From contig NIVC01001150.1 in the NCBI GenBank assembly GCA_002269645.1, positions 287,698 through 351,697 of the forward strand: DNA of 64,000 bases. The letters run 5' to 3'. The notes beneath the pieces were generated by a model that saw only the letters and a program-made list of their open reading frames with translations, had not been told where the DNA came from and searched no databases. Positions 33,681-47,000 of the stretch are shown here, one piece after another (the first letter of the stretch is position 1; each line of letters begins with the position of its first letter). This DNA comes from Macrostomum lignano. Taxonomy: Eukaryota. Both the position numbers and the translations under genes were made by a program.

Positions 33681-36440
33681 TCCGGCCTCAAGCTCCTCCA
33701 TCTCCAGAGCCTGCAGACCCCCCGTCTTGCCCGCTCGGGTTGGAGGCCGATTGCCCGGCGTCACCGGACGCGTCAGCAGCTCGCCAGAGGTCGCAGCAGC
33801 GGACCCTGCCTCCTGCTGGGGCGAGTAGTTTCGAAGAAGGGCTTCACCCGATGGAGAATGCGCCACTGAGTCGTCTCTGTCGACATCAGGTTCTGTGGAT
33901 GGGGAAAATTTTCAGACGATGCAGTTTTTATGGATACTCGTAGGCTTTCCACTAAAGCAAAGTGGAATCGAAAATCTGAGTCCGTCAGTCAGCACTGTGG
34001 CAGCGCTCGCCAAGCACCCACCGATCACATCGGCTTCTTCGTCTTCGTCATCGTCAGGCTCGGCCTCGTCCTCGGAGTCGCGCAATTCGGCCTCCTCCTC
34101 GGAGTTGAGCTGTCGGATAATAAACTCCAGCTGCCGGTTCATGTCCGGCGAGTCCTCCTTGATGAAGCAGTTGAGCACAGCCTCCAGGTCCATGGCGCGG
34201 GCCTCAGCTCTGATGGCGGGCACAGCCAGGATGCTGTAGAGAGCGCCGTTTACGTACGGCAGAATGTCACGGTTCTCGTGACCGAGCAGGTCACTGAGTA
34301 CCTTCAGTACTTTTTTAGCCCGGGGCGGCGAGCAGTACTTCTTGCCGGCAGTGCGAAGGCAGAGGTTCATAAGCAGCGCCACCGTGTACTCGAGGCCGTA
34401 GTCGCTGAGGCCGTCGTGCTCAGCCAGCTGGTCGGCCAGCCAGTCGATGAGGTCCCGCCGGATCATGCCAGTCTGCATTCGACGGCGCAGGCTCAGCTTT
34501 TGTAGGGCGCCCACTAGTTGGTCGCGCACTGCCGGAGACCCTGTCTGGAGAGGACATGATATGCAGCAAACTTAACCTTAACTATAGTGTAGAGAGCGAA
34601 AGCTAGCAGCATGAAGGCAGGCGCATACGACCAGCTCCTCGCCAAAGAGGAATTAATCTAACAGGGCTTCAACTCCTAGAGTTCTACGCCTCTCCCAACG
34701 AATCTCGTGTAGCAACCTACCTGATCCTCCGGCGACTCTCTGCAGAGCTGCACCAGCGCCTGCAGCAGGCTGTCGCTGGCCTGGCCGGATGTCAGGTAGG
34801 TCCGGCCTCGGCACACGGATGCAAAAGCGTTTAGCAGCCGGCCGGCCGACTCCCGTACTCGCCGGTCATTGGAGCGCAGGCAGCCAAGCAGCAGCGGGGG
34901 CGGCTCCGCCTGCCCTGCCATGCCCAGGAGGTCGTGGGATACCCACTGGCCTACGCAGCGCTGCCTGGCCTCGCCCTCAGCCCTGGTGAGGCGCCATCGT
35001 AGCGCCTGGAGGAGGCCGGCGCGCAGAGCGTCGTCAGAGCTGGCAAGATCCCGTCGCAGTCGATCGTAGTCGGTGGCGCCCGCGGCGGCGGCAGCGGATG
35101 CGGAGGCCGCTCCAGCCGAGGCCGGGACGGCGTTGGCGGCTGCCTTGCCAGAGTCGCGGACGCTCTGCCTCAGCGCCTGGCCGGCAGAGCCCGGCCGAGT
35201 GAGGTCAAGGCTGCCCGTCTGCGCCTGAAACAGCCGCGCGCAGATCTGCTGCAGGAACTGCGGGTTCACCGGCCGGCCCTGCAGCGAGGCCTCGAGTGTG
35301 TCCACCAGCTCGGCAGTGATGCCGATGAGGTTGTGATAGTCCGCCTGCACCTTGTTGTGCCGTCTCACGTACTGCGTCGCCCGCCTCTCTGCCTCAACTA
35401 GTTGGGCCTGCGAATGCGCAGCAAAGGCAGGGCTAATAAACATGCCAGCTTAGCTGGTAACAGCTGGTTTAACATTGGATCTTGTAAGTTTCTAGACGAT
35501 GTAAAATATAGAATTCATTGTCTATTAATTCTTGTTGGGTGAGTAATAATTGACCTGAAAGGCCGTGGCACCCACCTGCAGATCGGTCGCGGAGCCGCCA
35601 GCAGAGCCGGAGCCGGCGCCCCGGTACAGCTCGAAGAGGCGGCACTGGTTCCGCTCCGAATCCAGTACCATGGCGAGGAACCGCTCCAGCCTCAGCTGCA
35701 GTTCCGGTACCCAGCGATCGCTGAAGACATCCCGAAAGCTCGGATGGCTGCGCGGATCAGGAACATAGGGCAGGGCGTAGAAAGGCAGGAACTCGGTCGT
35801 CTGGCTGAGCTGGGCGCCTTTTGTTTCTAGGAAGTGCCGAAAGTCGGACACGGCTTCATCGTCTGTGATGCCTTCGTGTCTCACCTGAAATTTAGGAGCA
35901 TAAAAAATAAAAATAAACGGGAGTCAGACAGTTTGAATTAATGCGAGACAGGTAGATATGTGACAGGGTGTGCGATTTCCACCGTGTCAAATCACCTATG
36001 GACAAGTGGCAACTGTACCTCTGACTGGTGGAGAGGTAAATAATTGGGACCCGGGGATTCTCTGTCATTTTCGACTCGTAATTTTGCGGCAAAAAGACAT
36101 TGATTACCGAGTACGTGGCGAAGTAGATGTGCAGGTAGAACTCCAGTTTCTGGGCCACTGAGTCTACCTGGCGCAGCTTGTGACTCAGCTGCTGCTCCCA
36201 CAGTTGGAAGAAGGCCTCTCTTTCTCCCTTGTGAAAGTGGCGCAGCATGGTCTTTTGCGCCGTAACGGACGCAGAGTTGGTGCGCAATGCGGCGGGAACG
36301 CTCGGTACCGGCTTGCTGCGCTCGGCGCATTCGCGATCAAATGCGGCTGACGTCTGGTCATAGCCCAGGCTCTCCAGGTACTCCTTCACTATGTTGTTCA
36401 GCTCCGTCTCATAGGCCACGGTTGATACAAAAGCTGACAT
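33381..36440 (-). CDS. ARMC9: LisH domain-containing protein ARMC9; exons 36440-36108, 35884-35576, 35407-34721, 34544-34022, 33892-33381
   Basis: LisH ([10 protein letters not shown]), [61 protein letters not shown] and C-terminal SRPKLPRTP. All four introns are GT-AG with compatible phases (0,0,0,1). Confidence 0.95.
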
Positions 36441-36591
36441 AGCTGCGAACGAGGCATGCAATTTAGTATTCGATTCATAAATTTTTGACACTGGAAAGTT
36501 TTTTTTTAACTTCTCTTATGAATTCATAATTGCTGCTGTCAATTGCAACATCGCGTGCATTGAAATCTGATAAACCAAAATAGACGAGTCT

Positions 36592-36773
36592 CAGGGGCGG
36601 ATCCAGGGGGGGGGGGGGCTGGCGCAAGGGGGCCATGAAGGGGGCTCGGCCGTGACCAAAAAGAATTGGGCCATACTTTTGTACTGTAACTATGCAATAT
36701 CTATTTTTTCAACATTAAGTTGTAGTGCTTGGTATAGCTTGCCCCCCTCGAAAATTTTCTGGATCCGCTCCTG
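36592..36773. mobile_element. Small hAT-like MITE (~182 bp)
   Basis: 15-bp TIR CAGGGGCGGATCCAG / CTGGATCCGCTCCTG with 1 mismatch. The 8-bp flanks ACGAGTCT / GTGAGTTT match at only 5 of 8 positions. Confidence 0.65.
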
Positions 36774-38869
36774 GTGAGTTTGGATAATTGGAGACAATTT
36801 CTCCCTAGAATTTCATAATTCTGAGAAGTTAAATAATGGAAAACTCAATATATATCATATTAATTACGAATATTAGTATTAGTACTTAAGATATTAAAAT
36901 TAGTTATTAAAATGAACGTTCCACAAATAATCTTTTATGATTTTATATCGGTATACGTGACTATACATCTTATCCAGTTAAAGCTATAACGATCAGATAC
37001 ATCAATAAAAATTCATTTTAAATATCTTTGAAGCTTTGTTCGTGTTTTCAAGCAGTCTAATCTAATTAAAGCCTTATAAATTGTCAGGATTTTCAGGAAT
37101 TTTCAGGATAAAATGTATTATTAATAAACATAGTGATTAAATCAGTTAAATGAAAAGGAGCTTAATGAATTACGTAAATAGTCATCATATAGTTAAGTAC
37201 GTATAAAAAATTATGCGCAGCAAGTTTCTTAAGTTTGGTAGTGACTTGCGAATTGTGAAACTTATCAAATCATTCAATTGTTTTTCATGCGAAGTTCTAG
37301 TAACAAAAAATAGTAAGAGCATTCCAAACTTGAACAGGTTATTGTTTGGTGAAACAAATTTAGACGATAACTTTATATTGCTATATATACAAATAAATAA
37401 GCTTAAAATGTTTTTAGAACTCTTTAAACGTATCAAATTTGTATAATAAACAATTAGACGCTGCTGTTTTGTTTGACGTATCTAATTCGAAAAATCAAAC
37501 CCGAAAATTTTAACTTATTCTCACGTGGAAGCTCGACGTAAAAATGCTTTCTTTAAGTAGGTCTAGGTCTGAAATATCACGCCAATATTTTAATTAAAAA
37601 ATAATAGCAAATAAAAATTCACACATCATTGCCATAAAAATGGCTGAGATTATTTTTCAGCGACAAATAAATAAGTTAAAAACAAATAAAAAACTTACAA
37701 AAAAATGTTTGTAGGCTTTAGTCAGTTTGATTTTCATAATTGTATTCAGATTTGAGAGTTGTCAATATTTTTGCTAAATTATTTCATTTGGTTGCTCAGA
37801 TTATTAACCAAATAACTAATCATTATTCATTGTTATTTGCTACTTTTATTTAACTTTTTATTCTAAGATGAGGGTAAAATCTGATTGTATAATTAATATT
37901 CTTTCATTAAAATTCTTCACTATTACAATAATAGGTCTGGACACAGGCATCGACACATAATTTAAATATAATTATAAATTTAAAACTGCTTAGTCTTTTT
38001 TATATCAAATAAATAATTATTATTATACTATTTTAGGTCATATTGATCTCACTAATGATATATTTTAGGCCTAGTTAAAGCTTTGTGATATTTTTATATA
38101 ACTTGATAAAAAATTACATTTTTACTTTTGAGTACTAATTCTGCTAGGCTTTTTGTATAATTTATATTATAAATTCATGGCTTTGATTTTATTATAGTTG
38201 GGAATGGGAATAAATTGATTCTATAATTCATTAAATAGGCCTAGGTCTACTATGCTTTTATAATTTATATTTATTCTGCTTGTAAATATGCTTTGACATA
38301 TAGAGTCCTCAATAATCAAGCCTAAGAGATGCTAGATCATTAGATAGATTTATTATTTGAATTATTGTAATATATTTTATTATTGTATTTTATATTTTTT
38401 TAGGATTTTTTGTTCATATTAGCATAATATTATTAAAAAGGAGAATATTATTATTCATTCCTACGATAAATTGAAGCTAAAGGCTTGTAGTGAATGCATA
38501 GGAAAGTTAAACGTGGAGAGCCAGTACACACAACTGGGCTCTTATATGACTTGTTTATTCTTATTCATCAACCCTAGGACTTAAAGAGGGTGGTTGGCCT
38601 GACTGCCCAGACCCCACCATGCTAGCCACGTGTAAAACGCAAACAACCCGATGCAGTGCACATGCACTAAAACACACTAGCCAATCAGTGCGCATGCAAA
38701 TACTAACTAACTAAGAATGCACAAAGCATAATATTGCAATAATAAAAATACACTAGCATATTGCCACAATGTCACAATTCCAGTGCAAAATTGCTGCCAT
38801 CCCATGGCTTTGCACACCAGAGCTGGAATTTCTACCAGCAAGAGCTTCAGCTGCCCAGCAAGAGTTTCC

Positions 38870-39841
38870 ATGATTTCTTTATTTCGGCAGCTGGCTACTG
38901 CAGGATCATCTGGCACTCCAGGTCCCAATAAAGGCAGGGGACTGCCACAGAAAAAGCCGATACCCAATGTGGACAAGATCCTGCTTGTGGGATCTGGAAA
39001 GGGAGGCGTTGGTCAGTGGCTCGATTCAGAAGCTGTTCTGTATTTCCACCTGTAACATTTTCGCCAGTTAATTATTTTCGTTTTTTTAGGCAAGTCGACC
39101 GTGTCGGTTAATCTAGCGGTCGCCATGGCAACAGCTGGCTATCGAGTGGGTCTGGCGGACGCGGACATCCAGGGGCCCTCGCTGGCCACCCTGCTGGGCC
39201 TGCGCGGCCGCCGCATGGAGGCCGAGGCACCGCCAGCTGCGGGAGGCGGCCGCCCGCGTCTCCTGCCTGTGGAGGCGCACGGCCTGCACTGCTCCTCCAT
39301 GTCGCTGCTGATTCCGGAGGGCCGGGCGCCGGTGTGGCGCGGCCACATGCTGACCAACGCCGTCTCCCAGCTGCTGTCTGGTGTAGCCTGGCCGCGGACG
39401 GACGTTCTGCTGGTGGACCTGCCGCCTGGCAGCGGCGACGTCCCGCTGTCCGTGGCGCAGAGCGTCCCGGCCGCCGCCTGCCTGCTGGTGGCCACCGCGC
39501 AACGAGTCGCCGTGGCAGATGTGGCACGGCACGTCGATATGATGGCCGCCCTGCGGGTGCCTGTCCTCGGCGTTGTGCACAACATGGCGGCCTTCCGCTG
39601 CCCCGCCTGCTCTGCCCGCCACCCGCTGTTCAACTCAGATGCCCTCGGCGACCTCATCAGGACGGCTGAGCTGAAGCTGCTGGCGGAGCTGGAGCTCGAG
39701 CCGGGCGACGCGCAGGCCTTGGACGACGGCCGGCCGAGCTTCTTGGCCTGTCCGAAGTCGCCCAACACCGCCGAGTTCGCCAGTCTGGCCGCCTCCGTGG
39801 CCCGCCTGCTGCAACTTCCGCCGCAGCCCGCCGCTGTCTGA
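38870..39841 (+). CDS. NUBPL: Mrp/NBP35-family Fe-S carrier ATPase NUBPL (Ind1); exons 38870-39011 and 39090-39841
   Basis: Walker A GKGGVG|KST is rebuilt across a phase-1 intron (G|GTCAGT...TTTTAG|GC). Also DADIQGPS, PVWRG, DLPPGSGD and CPAC. The short basic N-terminus resembles a presequence. Confidence 0.92.
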
Positions 39842-39920
39842 CCCGTCCGCTTGTGGAAATCGGCCGGATGACTGGCCGCTTGGCTGCATTCGTAGCTGCT
39901 CTGTTTTTTGCTGTGCTTAT

Positions 39921-40400
39921 CCTCCCCGATCGTCTCCGGTCCTCCACGAACTTCTCCAATCCTCCCCGATCGTCTCCGGTCCTCCACGAACTTCTCTAAT
40001 CCTCCCCGATCGTCTCCGGTCCTCCACGAACTTCTCTAATCCTCCCCGATCGTCTCCGGTCCTCCACGAACTTCTCTAATCCTCCCCGATCGTCTCCGGT
40101 CCTCCACGAACTTCTATAATCCTCCCCGATCGTCTCCGGTCCTGCACGAACTTCTCCAATCCTCCTTGATCGTCTCCGGTCCCCCACGAACTTCTCCAAT
40201 CCTCCCCGATAGTCTCCGGTCCTCCACGAACTTCTCCAATCCTCCCCGATCGTCTCCGGTCCTCCACGAACTTCTCCAATCCTCCCTGATCGTCTCCGGT
40301 CCTCCACGAACTTCTCCAATCCTCCCCGATCGTCTCCGGTCCTCCACGAACTTCTCCAATCCTCCCCGATCGTCTCCGGTCCTCCACGAACTTCTCTAAC
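39921..40400. repeat. 40-bp minisatellite, 12 copies
   Basis: Unit CCTCCCCGATCGTCTCCGGTCCTCCACGAACTTCTC(C/T)AAT, strongly pyrimidine-biased, starting 80 bp after the NUBPL stop. Confidence 0.95.
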
Positions 40401-41007
40401 CTTTCTAGATCCTCAATAATCCTTATAAGTCTTCTCTAATCCTTAATCCTTAGTGATCCTCTTTTATTTCTTAGTATCCTTAAATTACGAGTACGAGTAT
40501 CTTTATTAATCCTCTTTGATCCCTCTAAAGCCTTTAATCCTCTCTGACCCTTTAATCTACTCCGATTTATAAAATCACTTCGAATTCTCCTTAGACCTCT
40601 CGAATTATTTTTAATATTCTATGCTCCTAGTCTTCTTAAGCCTCTACGCCATCCGTTTTCTGGTGGTTAAACCCGTAAACCCCCATTCAGTCTTAGTGGC
40701 CCTTTTCCATTTTTCATAGTTCTAGCATTTTCGCTGACTTGCTTAATATGGTAGTTTTCAAGGCTCCTGCTACTTTTGTGTTTTTATTTGAATTATTATT
40801 TTCACACCTGTTTGTCCATTATGAATAAATTTCATACCATTTAACCCTTGAAATTCCTCATACCAGAACTGAGTAATCATTGGATTTTGTAAACTTGTAG
40901 GCAAATATGCTGTGTTGAATTGTCTATTTAAGTTTTATCTTCTCCTAATGAGAAGCTGAATAGGAAAATGACAGTAATACTCAAGACTGAATTTTCCCTG
41001 TCATGAG

Positions 41008-44000
41008 AGGGAGCTGCTGTCAAGACTATAACACACGGGCTTTGTCTCCACCAACCCCTGCTCAGTCGGGGGGGGGGGGAGCTGCTGTCAAGACTATAAC
41101 ACACGGGCTTTGTCTCCACCAACCCCTGCTCAGTCGGGGGGGGGGGAGCTGCTGTCAAGACTATAACACACGGGCTTTGTCTCCACCAACCCCTGCTCAG
41201 TCGGGGGGGGGGAGATGCTGTCAAGACTATAACACACGGGCTTTGTCTCCACCAACCCCTGCTCAGTCGGGGGGGGGAGATGCTGTCAAGACTATAACAC
41301 ACGGGCTTTGTCTCCACCAACCCCTGCTCAGTCGGGGGAGATGCTGTCAAGACTATAACACACGGGCTTTGTCTCCACCAACCCCTGCTCAGTCGGGGGG
41401 GGGGAGATGCTGTCAAGACTATAACACACGGGCTTTGTCTCCACCAACCCCTGCTCAGTCGGAGGGGGAGCTGCTGTCAAGACTATAACACACGGGCTTT
41501 GTCTCCACCAACCCCTGCTCAGTCGGGGGGGGGGAGATGCTGTCAAGACTATAACACACGGGCTTTGTCTCCACCAACCCCTGCTCAGTCGGAGGGGGAG
41601 CTGCTGTCAAGACTATAACACACGGGCTTTGTCTCCACCAACCCCTGCTCAGTCGGGGGGGAGATGCTGTCAAGACTATAACACACGGGCTTTGTCTCCA
41701 CCAACCCCTGCTCAGTCGGGGGGGGGAGCTGCTGTCAAGACTATAACACACGGGCTTTGTCTCCACCAACCCCTGCTCAGTCGGGGGGGGAGCTGCTGTC
41801 AAGACTATAACACACGGGCTTTGTCTCCACCAACCCCTGCTCAGTCGGGGGGGGAGCTGCTGTCAAGACTATAACACACGGGCTTTGTCTCCACCAACCC
41901 CTGCTCAGTCGGGGGGGGGAGCTGCTGTCAAGACTATAACACACGGGCTTTGTCTCCACCAACCCCTGCTCAGTCGGGGGGGAGCTGCTGTCAAGACTAT
42001 AACACACGGGCTTTGTCTCCACCAACCCCTGCTCAGTCGGGGGGGGAGCTGCTGTCAAGACTATAACACACGGGCTTTGTCTCCACCAACCCCTGCTCAG
42101 TCGGGGGGGAGCTGCTGTCAAGACTATAACACACGGGCTTTGTCTCCACCAACCCCTGCTCAGTCGGGGGGGGGAGCTGCTGTCAAGACTATAACACACG
42201 GGCTTTGTCTCCACCAACCCCTGCTCAGTCGGGGGGGGAGCTGCTGTCAAGACTATAACACACGGGCTTTGTCTCCACCAACCCCTGCTCAGTCGGGGGG
42301 GGGGGAGCTGCTGTCAAGACTATAACACACGGGCTTTGTCTCCACCAACCCCTGCTCAGTCGGGGGGGGGAGCTGCTGTCAAGACTATAACACACGGGCT
42401 TTGTCTCCACCAACCCCTGCTCAGTCGGGGGGGGGAGCTGCTGTCAAGACTATAACACACGGGCTTTGTCTCCACCAACCCCTGCTCAGTCGGGGGGGGG
42501 GAGCTGCTGTCAAGACTATAACACACGGGCTTTGTCTCCACCAACCCCTGCTCAGTCGGGGGGAGCTGCTGTCAAGACTATAACACACGGGCTTTGTCTC
42601 CACCAACCCCTGCTCAGTCGGGGGGGGGAGCTGCTGTCAAGACTATAACACACGGGCTTTGTCTCCACCAACCCCTGCTCAGTCGGGGGGAGCTGCTGTC
42701 AAGACTATAACACACGGGCTTTGTCTCCACCAACCCCTGCTCAGTCGGGGGGGGAGCTGCTGTCAAGACTATAACACACGGGCTTTGTCTCCACCAACCC
42801 CTGCTCAGTCGGGGGGGGAGCTGCTGTCAAGACTATAACACACGGGCTTTGTCTCCACCAACCCCTGCTCAGTCGGGGGGGGAGCTGCTGTCAAGACTAT
42901 AACACACGGGCTTTGTCTCCACCAACCCCTGCTCAGTCGGGGGGGGAGCTGCTGTCAAGACTATAACACACGGGCTTTGTCTCCACCAACCCCTGCTCAG
43001 TCGGGGGGGGAGCTGCTGTCAAGACTATAACACACGGGCTTTGTCTCCACCAACCCCTGCTCAGTCGGGGGGGAGCTGCTGTCAAGACTATAACACACGG
43101 GCTTTGTCTCCACCAACCCCTGCTCAGTCGGGGGGGGAGCTGCTGTCAAGACTATAACACACGGGCTTTGTCTCCACCAACCCCTGCTCAGTCGGGGGGG
43201 GAGCTGCTGTCAAGACTATAACACACGGGCTTTGTCTCCACCAACCCCTGCTCAGTCGGGGGGGGAGCTGCTGTCAAGACTATAACACACGGGCTTTGTC
43301 TCCACCAACCCCTGCTCAGTCGGGGGGGGAGCTGCTGTCAAGACTATAACACACGGGCTTTGTCTCCACCAACCCCTGCTCAGTCGGGGGGGGAGCTGCT
43401 GTCAAGACTATAACACACGGGCTTTGTCTCCACCAACCCCTGCTCAGTCGGGGGGGGAGCTGCTGTCAAGACTATAACACACGGGCTTTGTCTCCACCAA
43501 CCCCTGCTCAGTCGGGGGGGGAGCTGCTGTCAAGACTATAACACACGGGCTTTGTCTCCACCAACCCCTGCTCAGTCGGGGGGGGAGCTGCTGTCAAGAC
43601 TATAACACACGGGCTTTGTCTCCACCAACCCCTGCTCAGTCGGGGGGGGAGCTGCTGTCAAGACTATAACACACGGGCTTTGTCTCCACCAACCCCTGCT
43701 CAGTCGGGGGGGAGCTGCTGTCAAGACTATAACACACGGGCTTTGTCTCCACCAACCCCTGCTCAGTCGGGGGGGGAGCTGCTGTCAAGACTATAACACA
43801 CGGGCTTTGTCTCCACCAACCCCTGCTCAGTCGGGGGGGGAGCTGCTGTCAAGACTATAACACACGGGCTTTGTCTCCACCAACCCCTGCTCAGTCGGGG
43901 GGGGGAGCTGCTGTCAAGACTATAACACACGGGCTTTGTCTCCACCAACCCCTGCTCAGTCGGGGGGGGAGCTGCTGTCAAGACTATAACACACGGGCTT

Positions 44001-47000
44001 TGTCTCCACCAACCCCTGCTCAGTCGGGGGGGGAGCTGCTGTCAAGACTATAACACACGGGCTTTGTCTCCACCAACCCCTGCTCAGTCGGGGGGGAGCT
44101 GCTGTCAAGACTATAACACACGGGCTTTGTCTCCACCAACCCCTGCTCAGTCGGGGGGGGAGCTGCTGTCAAGACTATAACACACGGGCTTTGTCTCCAC
44201 CAACCCCTGCTCAGTCGGGGGGGAGCTGCTGTCAAGACTATAACACACGGGCTTTGTCTCCACCAACCCCTGCTCAGTCGGGGGGGAGCTGCTGTCAAGA
44301 CTATAACACACGGGCTTTGTCTCCACCAACCCCTGCTCAGTCGGGGGGGGAGCTGCTGTCAAGACTATAACACACGGGCTTTGTCTCCACCAACCCCTGC
44401 TCAGTCGGGGGGGAGCTGCTGTCAAGACTATAACACACGGGCTTTGTCTCCACCAACCCCTGCTCAGTCGGGGGGGAGCTGCTGTCAAGACTATAACACA
44501 CGGGCTTTGTCTCCACCAACCCCTGCTCAGTCGGGGGGGGAGCTGCTGTCAAGACTATAACACACGGGCTTTGTCTCCACCAACCCCTGCTCAGTCGGGG
44601 GGGGAGCTGCTGTCAAGACTATAACACACGGGCTTTGTCTCCACCAACCCCTGCTCAGTCGGGGGGGGAGCTGCTGTCAAGACTATAACACACGGGCTTT
44701 GTCTCCACCAACCCCTGCTCAGTCGGGGGGGGAGCTGCTGTCAAGACTATAACACACGGGCTTTGTCTCCACCAACCCCTGCTCAGTCGGGGGGGAGCTG
44801 CTGTCAAGACTATAACACACGGGCTTTGTCTCCACCAACCCCTGCTCAGTCGGGGGGGGAGCTGCTGTCAAGACTATAACACACGGGCTTTGTCTCCACC
44901 AACCCCTGCTCAGTCGGGGGGGGAGCTGCTGTCAAGACTATAACACACGGGCTTTGTCTCCACCAACCCCTGCTCAGTCGGGGGGGGAGCTGCTGTCAAG
45001 ACTATAACACACGGGCTTTGTCTCCACCAACCCCTGCTCAGTCGGGGGGGGAGCTGCTGTCAAGACTATAACACACGGGCTTTGTCTCCACCAACCCCTG
45101 CTCAGTCGGGGGGGGGAGCTGCTGTCAAGACTATAACACACGGGCTTTGTCTCCACCAACCCCTGCTCAGTCGGGGGGGGAGCTGCTGTCAAGACTATAA
45201 CACACGGGCTTTGTCTCCACCAACCCCTGCTCAGTCGGGGGGGGAGCTGCTGTCAAGACTATAACACACGGGCTTTGTCTCCACCAACCCCTGCTCAGTC
45301 GGGGGGGAGCTGCTGTCAAGACTATAACACACGGGCTTTGTCTCCACCAACCCCTGCTCAGTCGGGGGGGGGAGCTGCTGTCAAGACTATAACACACGGG
45401 CTTTGTCTCCACCAACCCCTGCTCAGTCGGGGGGAGCTGCTGTCAAGACTATAACACACGGGCTTTGTCTCCACCAACCCCTGCTCAGTCGGGGGGGAGC
45501 TGCTGTCAAGACTATAACACACGGGCTTTGTCTCCACCAACCCCTGCTCAGTCGGGGGGGGAGCTGCTGTCAAGACTATAACACACGGGCTTTGTCTCCA
45601 CCAACCCCTGCTCAGTCGGGGGGGAGCTGCTGTCAAGACTATAACACACGGGCTTTGTCTCCACCAACCCCTGCTCAGTCGGGGGGGAGCTGCTGTCAAG
45701 ACTATAACACACGGGCTTTGTCTCCACCAACCCCTGCTCAGTCGGGGGGGAGCTGCTGTCAAGACTATAACACACGGGCTTTGTCTCCACCAACCCCTGC
45801 TCAGTCGGGGGGGGGAGCTGCTGTCAAGACTATAACACACGGGCTTTGTCTCCACCAACCCCTGCTCAGTCGGGGGGGGAGCTGCTGTCAAGACTATAAC
45901 ACACGGGCTTTGTCTCCACCAACCCCTGCTCAGTCGGGGGGGGAGCTGCTGTCAAGACTATAACACACGGGCTTTGTCTCCACCAACCCCTGCTCAGTCG
46001 GGGGGGAGCTGCTGTCAAGACTATAACACACGGGCTTTGTCTCCACCAACCCCTGCTCAGTCGGGGGGGAGCTGCTGTCAAGACTATAACACACGGGCTT
46101 TGTCTCCACCAACCCCTGCTCAGTCGGGGGGGGAGCTGCTGTCAAGACTATAACACACGGGCTTTGTCTCCACCAACCCCTGCTCAGTCGGGGGGGAGCT
46201 GCTGTCAAGACTATAACACACGGGCTTTGTCTCCACCAACCCCTGCTCAGTCGGGGGGGGAGCTGCTGTCAAGACTATAACACACGGGCTTTGTCTCCAC
46301 CAACCCCTGCTCAGTCGGGGGGGAGCTGCTGTCAAGACTATAACACACGGGCTTTGTCTCCACCAACCCCTGCTCAGTCGGGGGGGAGCTGCTGTCAAGA
46401 CTATAACACACGGGCTTTGTCTCCACCAACCCCTGCTCAGTCGGGGGGGAGCTGCTGTCAAGACTATAACACACGGGCTTTGTCTCCACCAACCCCTGCT
46501 CAGTCGGGGGGGGAGCTGCTGTCAAGACTATAACACACGGGCTTTGTCTCCACCAACCCCTGCTCAGTCGGGGGGGGAGCTGCTGTCAAGACTATAACAC
46601 ACGGGCTTTGTCTCCACCAACCCCTGCTCAGTCGGGGGGGAGCTGCTGTCAAGACTATAACACACGGGCTTTGTCTCCACCAACCCCTGCTCAGTCGGGG
46701 GGGAGCTGCTGTCAAGACTATAACACACGGGCTTTGTCTCCACCAACCCCTGCTCAGTCGGGGGGGAGCTGCTGTCAAGACTATAACACACGGGCTTTGT
46801 CTCCACCAACCCCTGCTCAGTCGGGGGGGAGCTGCTGTCAAGACTATAACACACGGGCTTTGTCTCCACCAACCCCTGCTCAGTCGGGGGGGAGCTGCTG
46901 TCAAGACTATAACACACGGGCTTTGTCTCCACCAACCCCTGCTCAGTCGGGGGGGAGCTGCTGTCAAGACTATAACACACGGGCTTTGTCTCCACCAACC

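Noticed and set aside
39139-40399. MEDRRRSG/EKFVEDRR ORFs
   Set aside because: They originate in the 40-bp minisatellite and run antisense to NUBPL.
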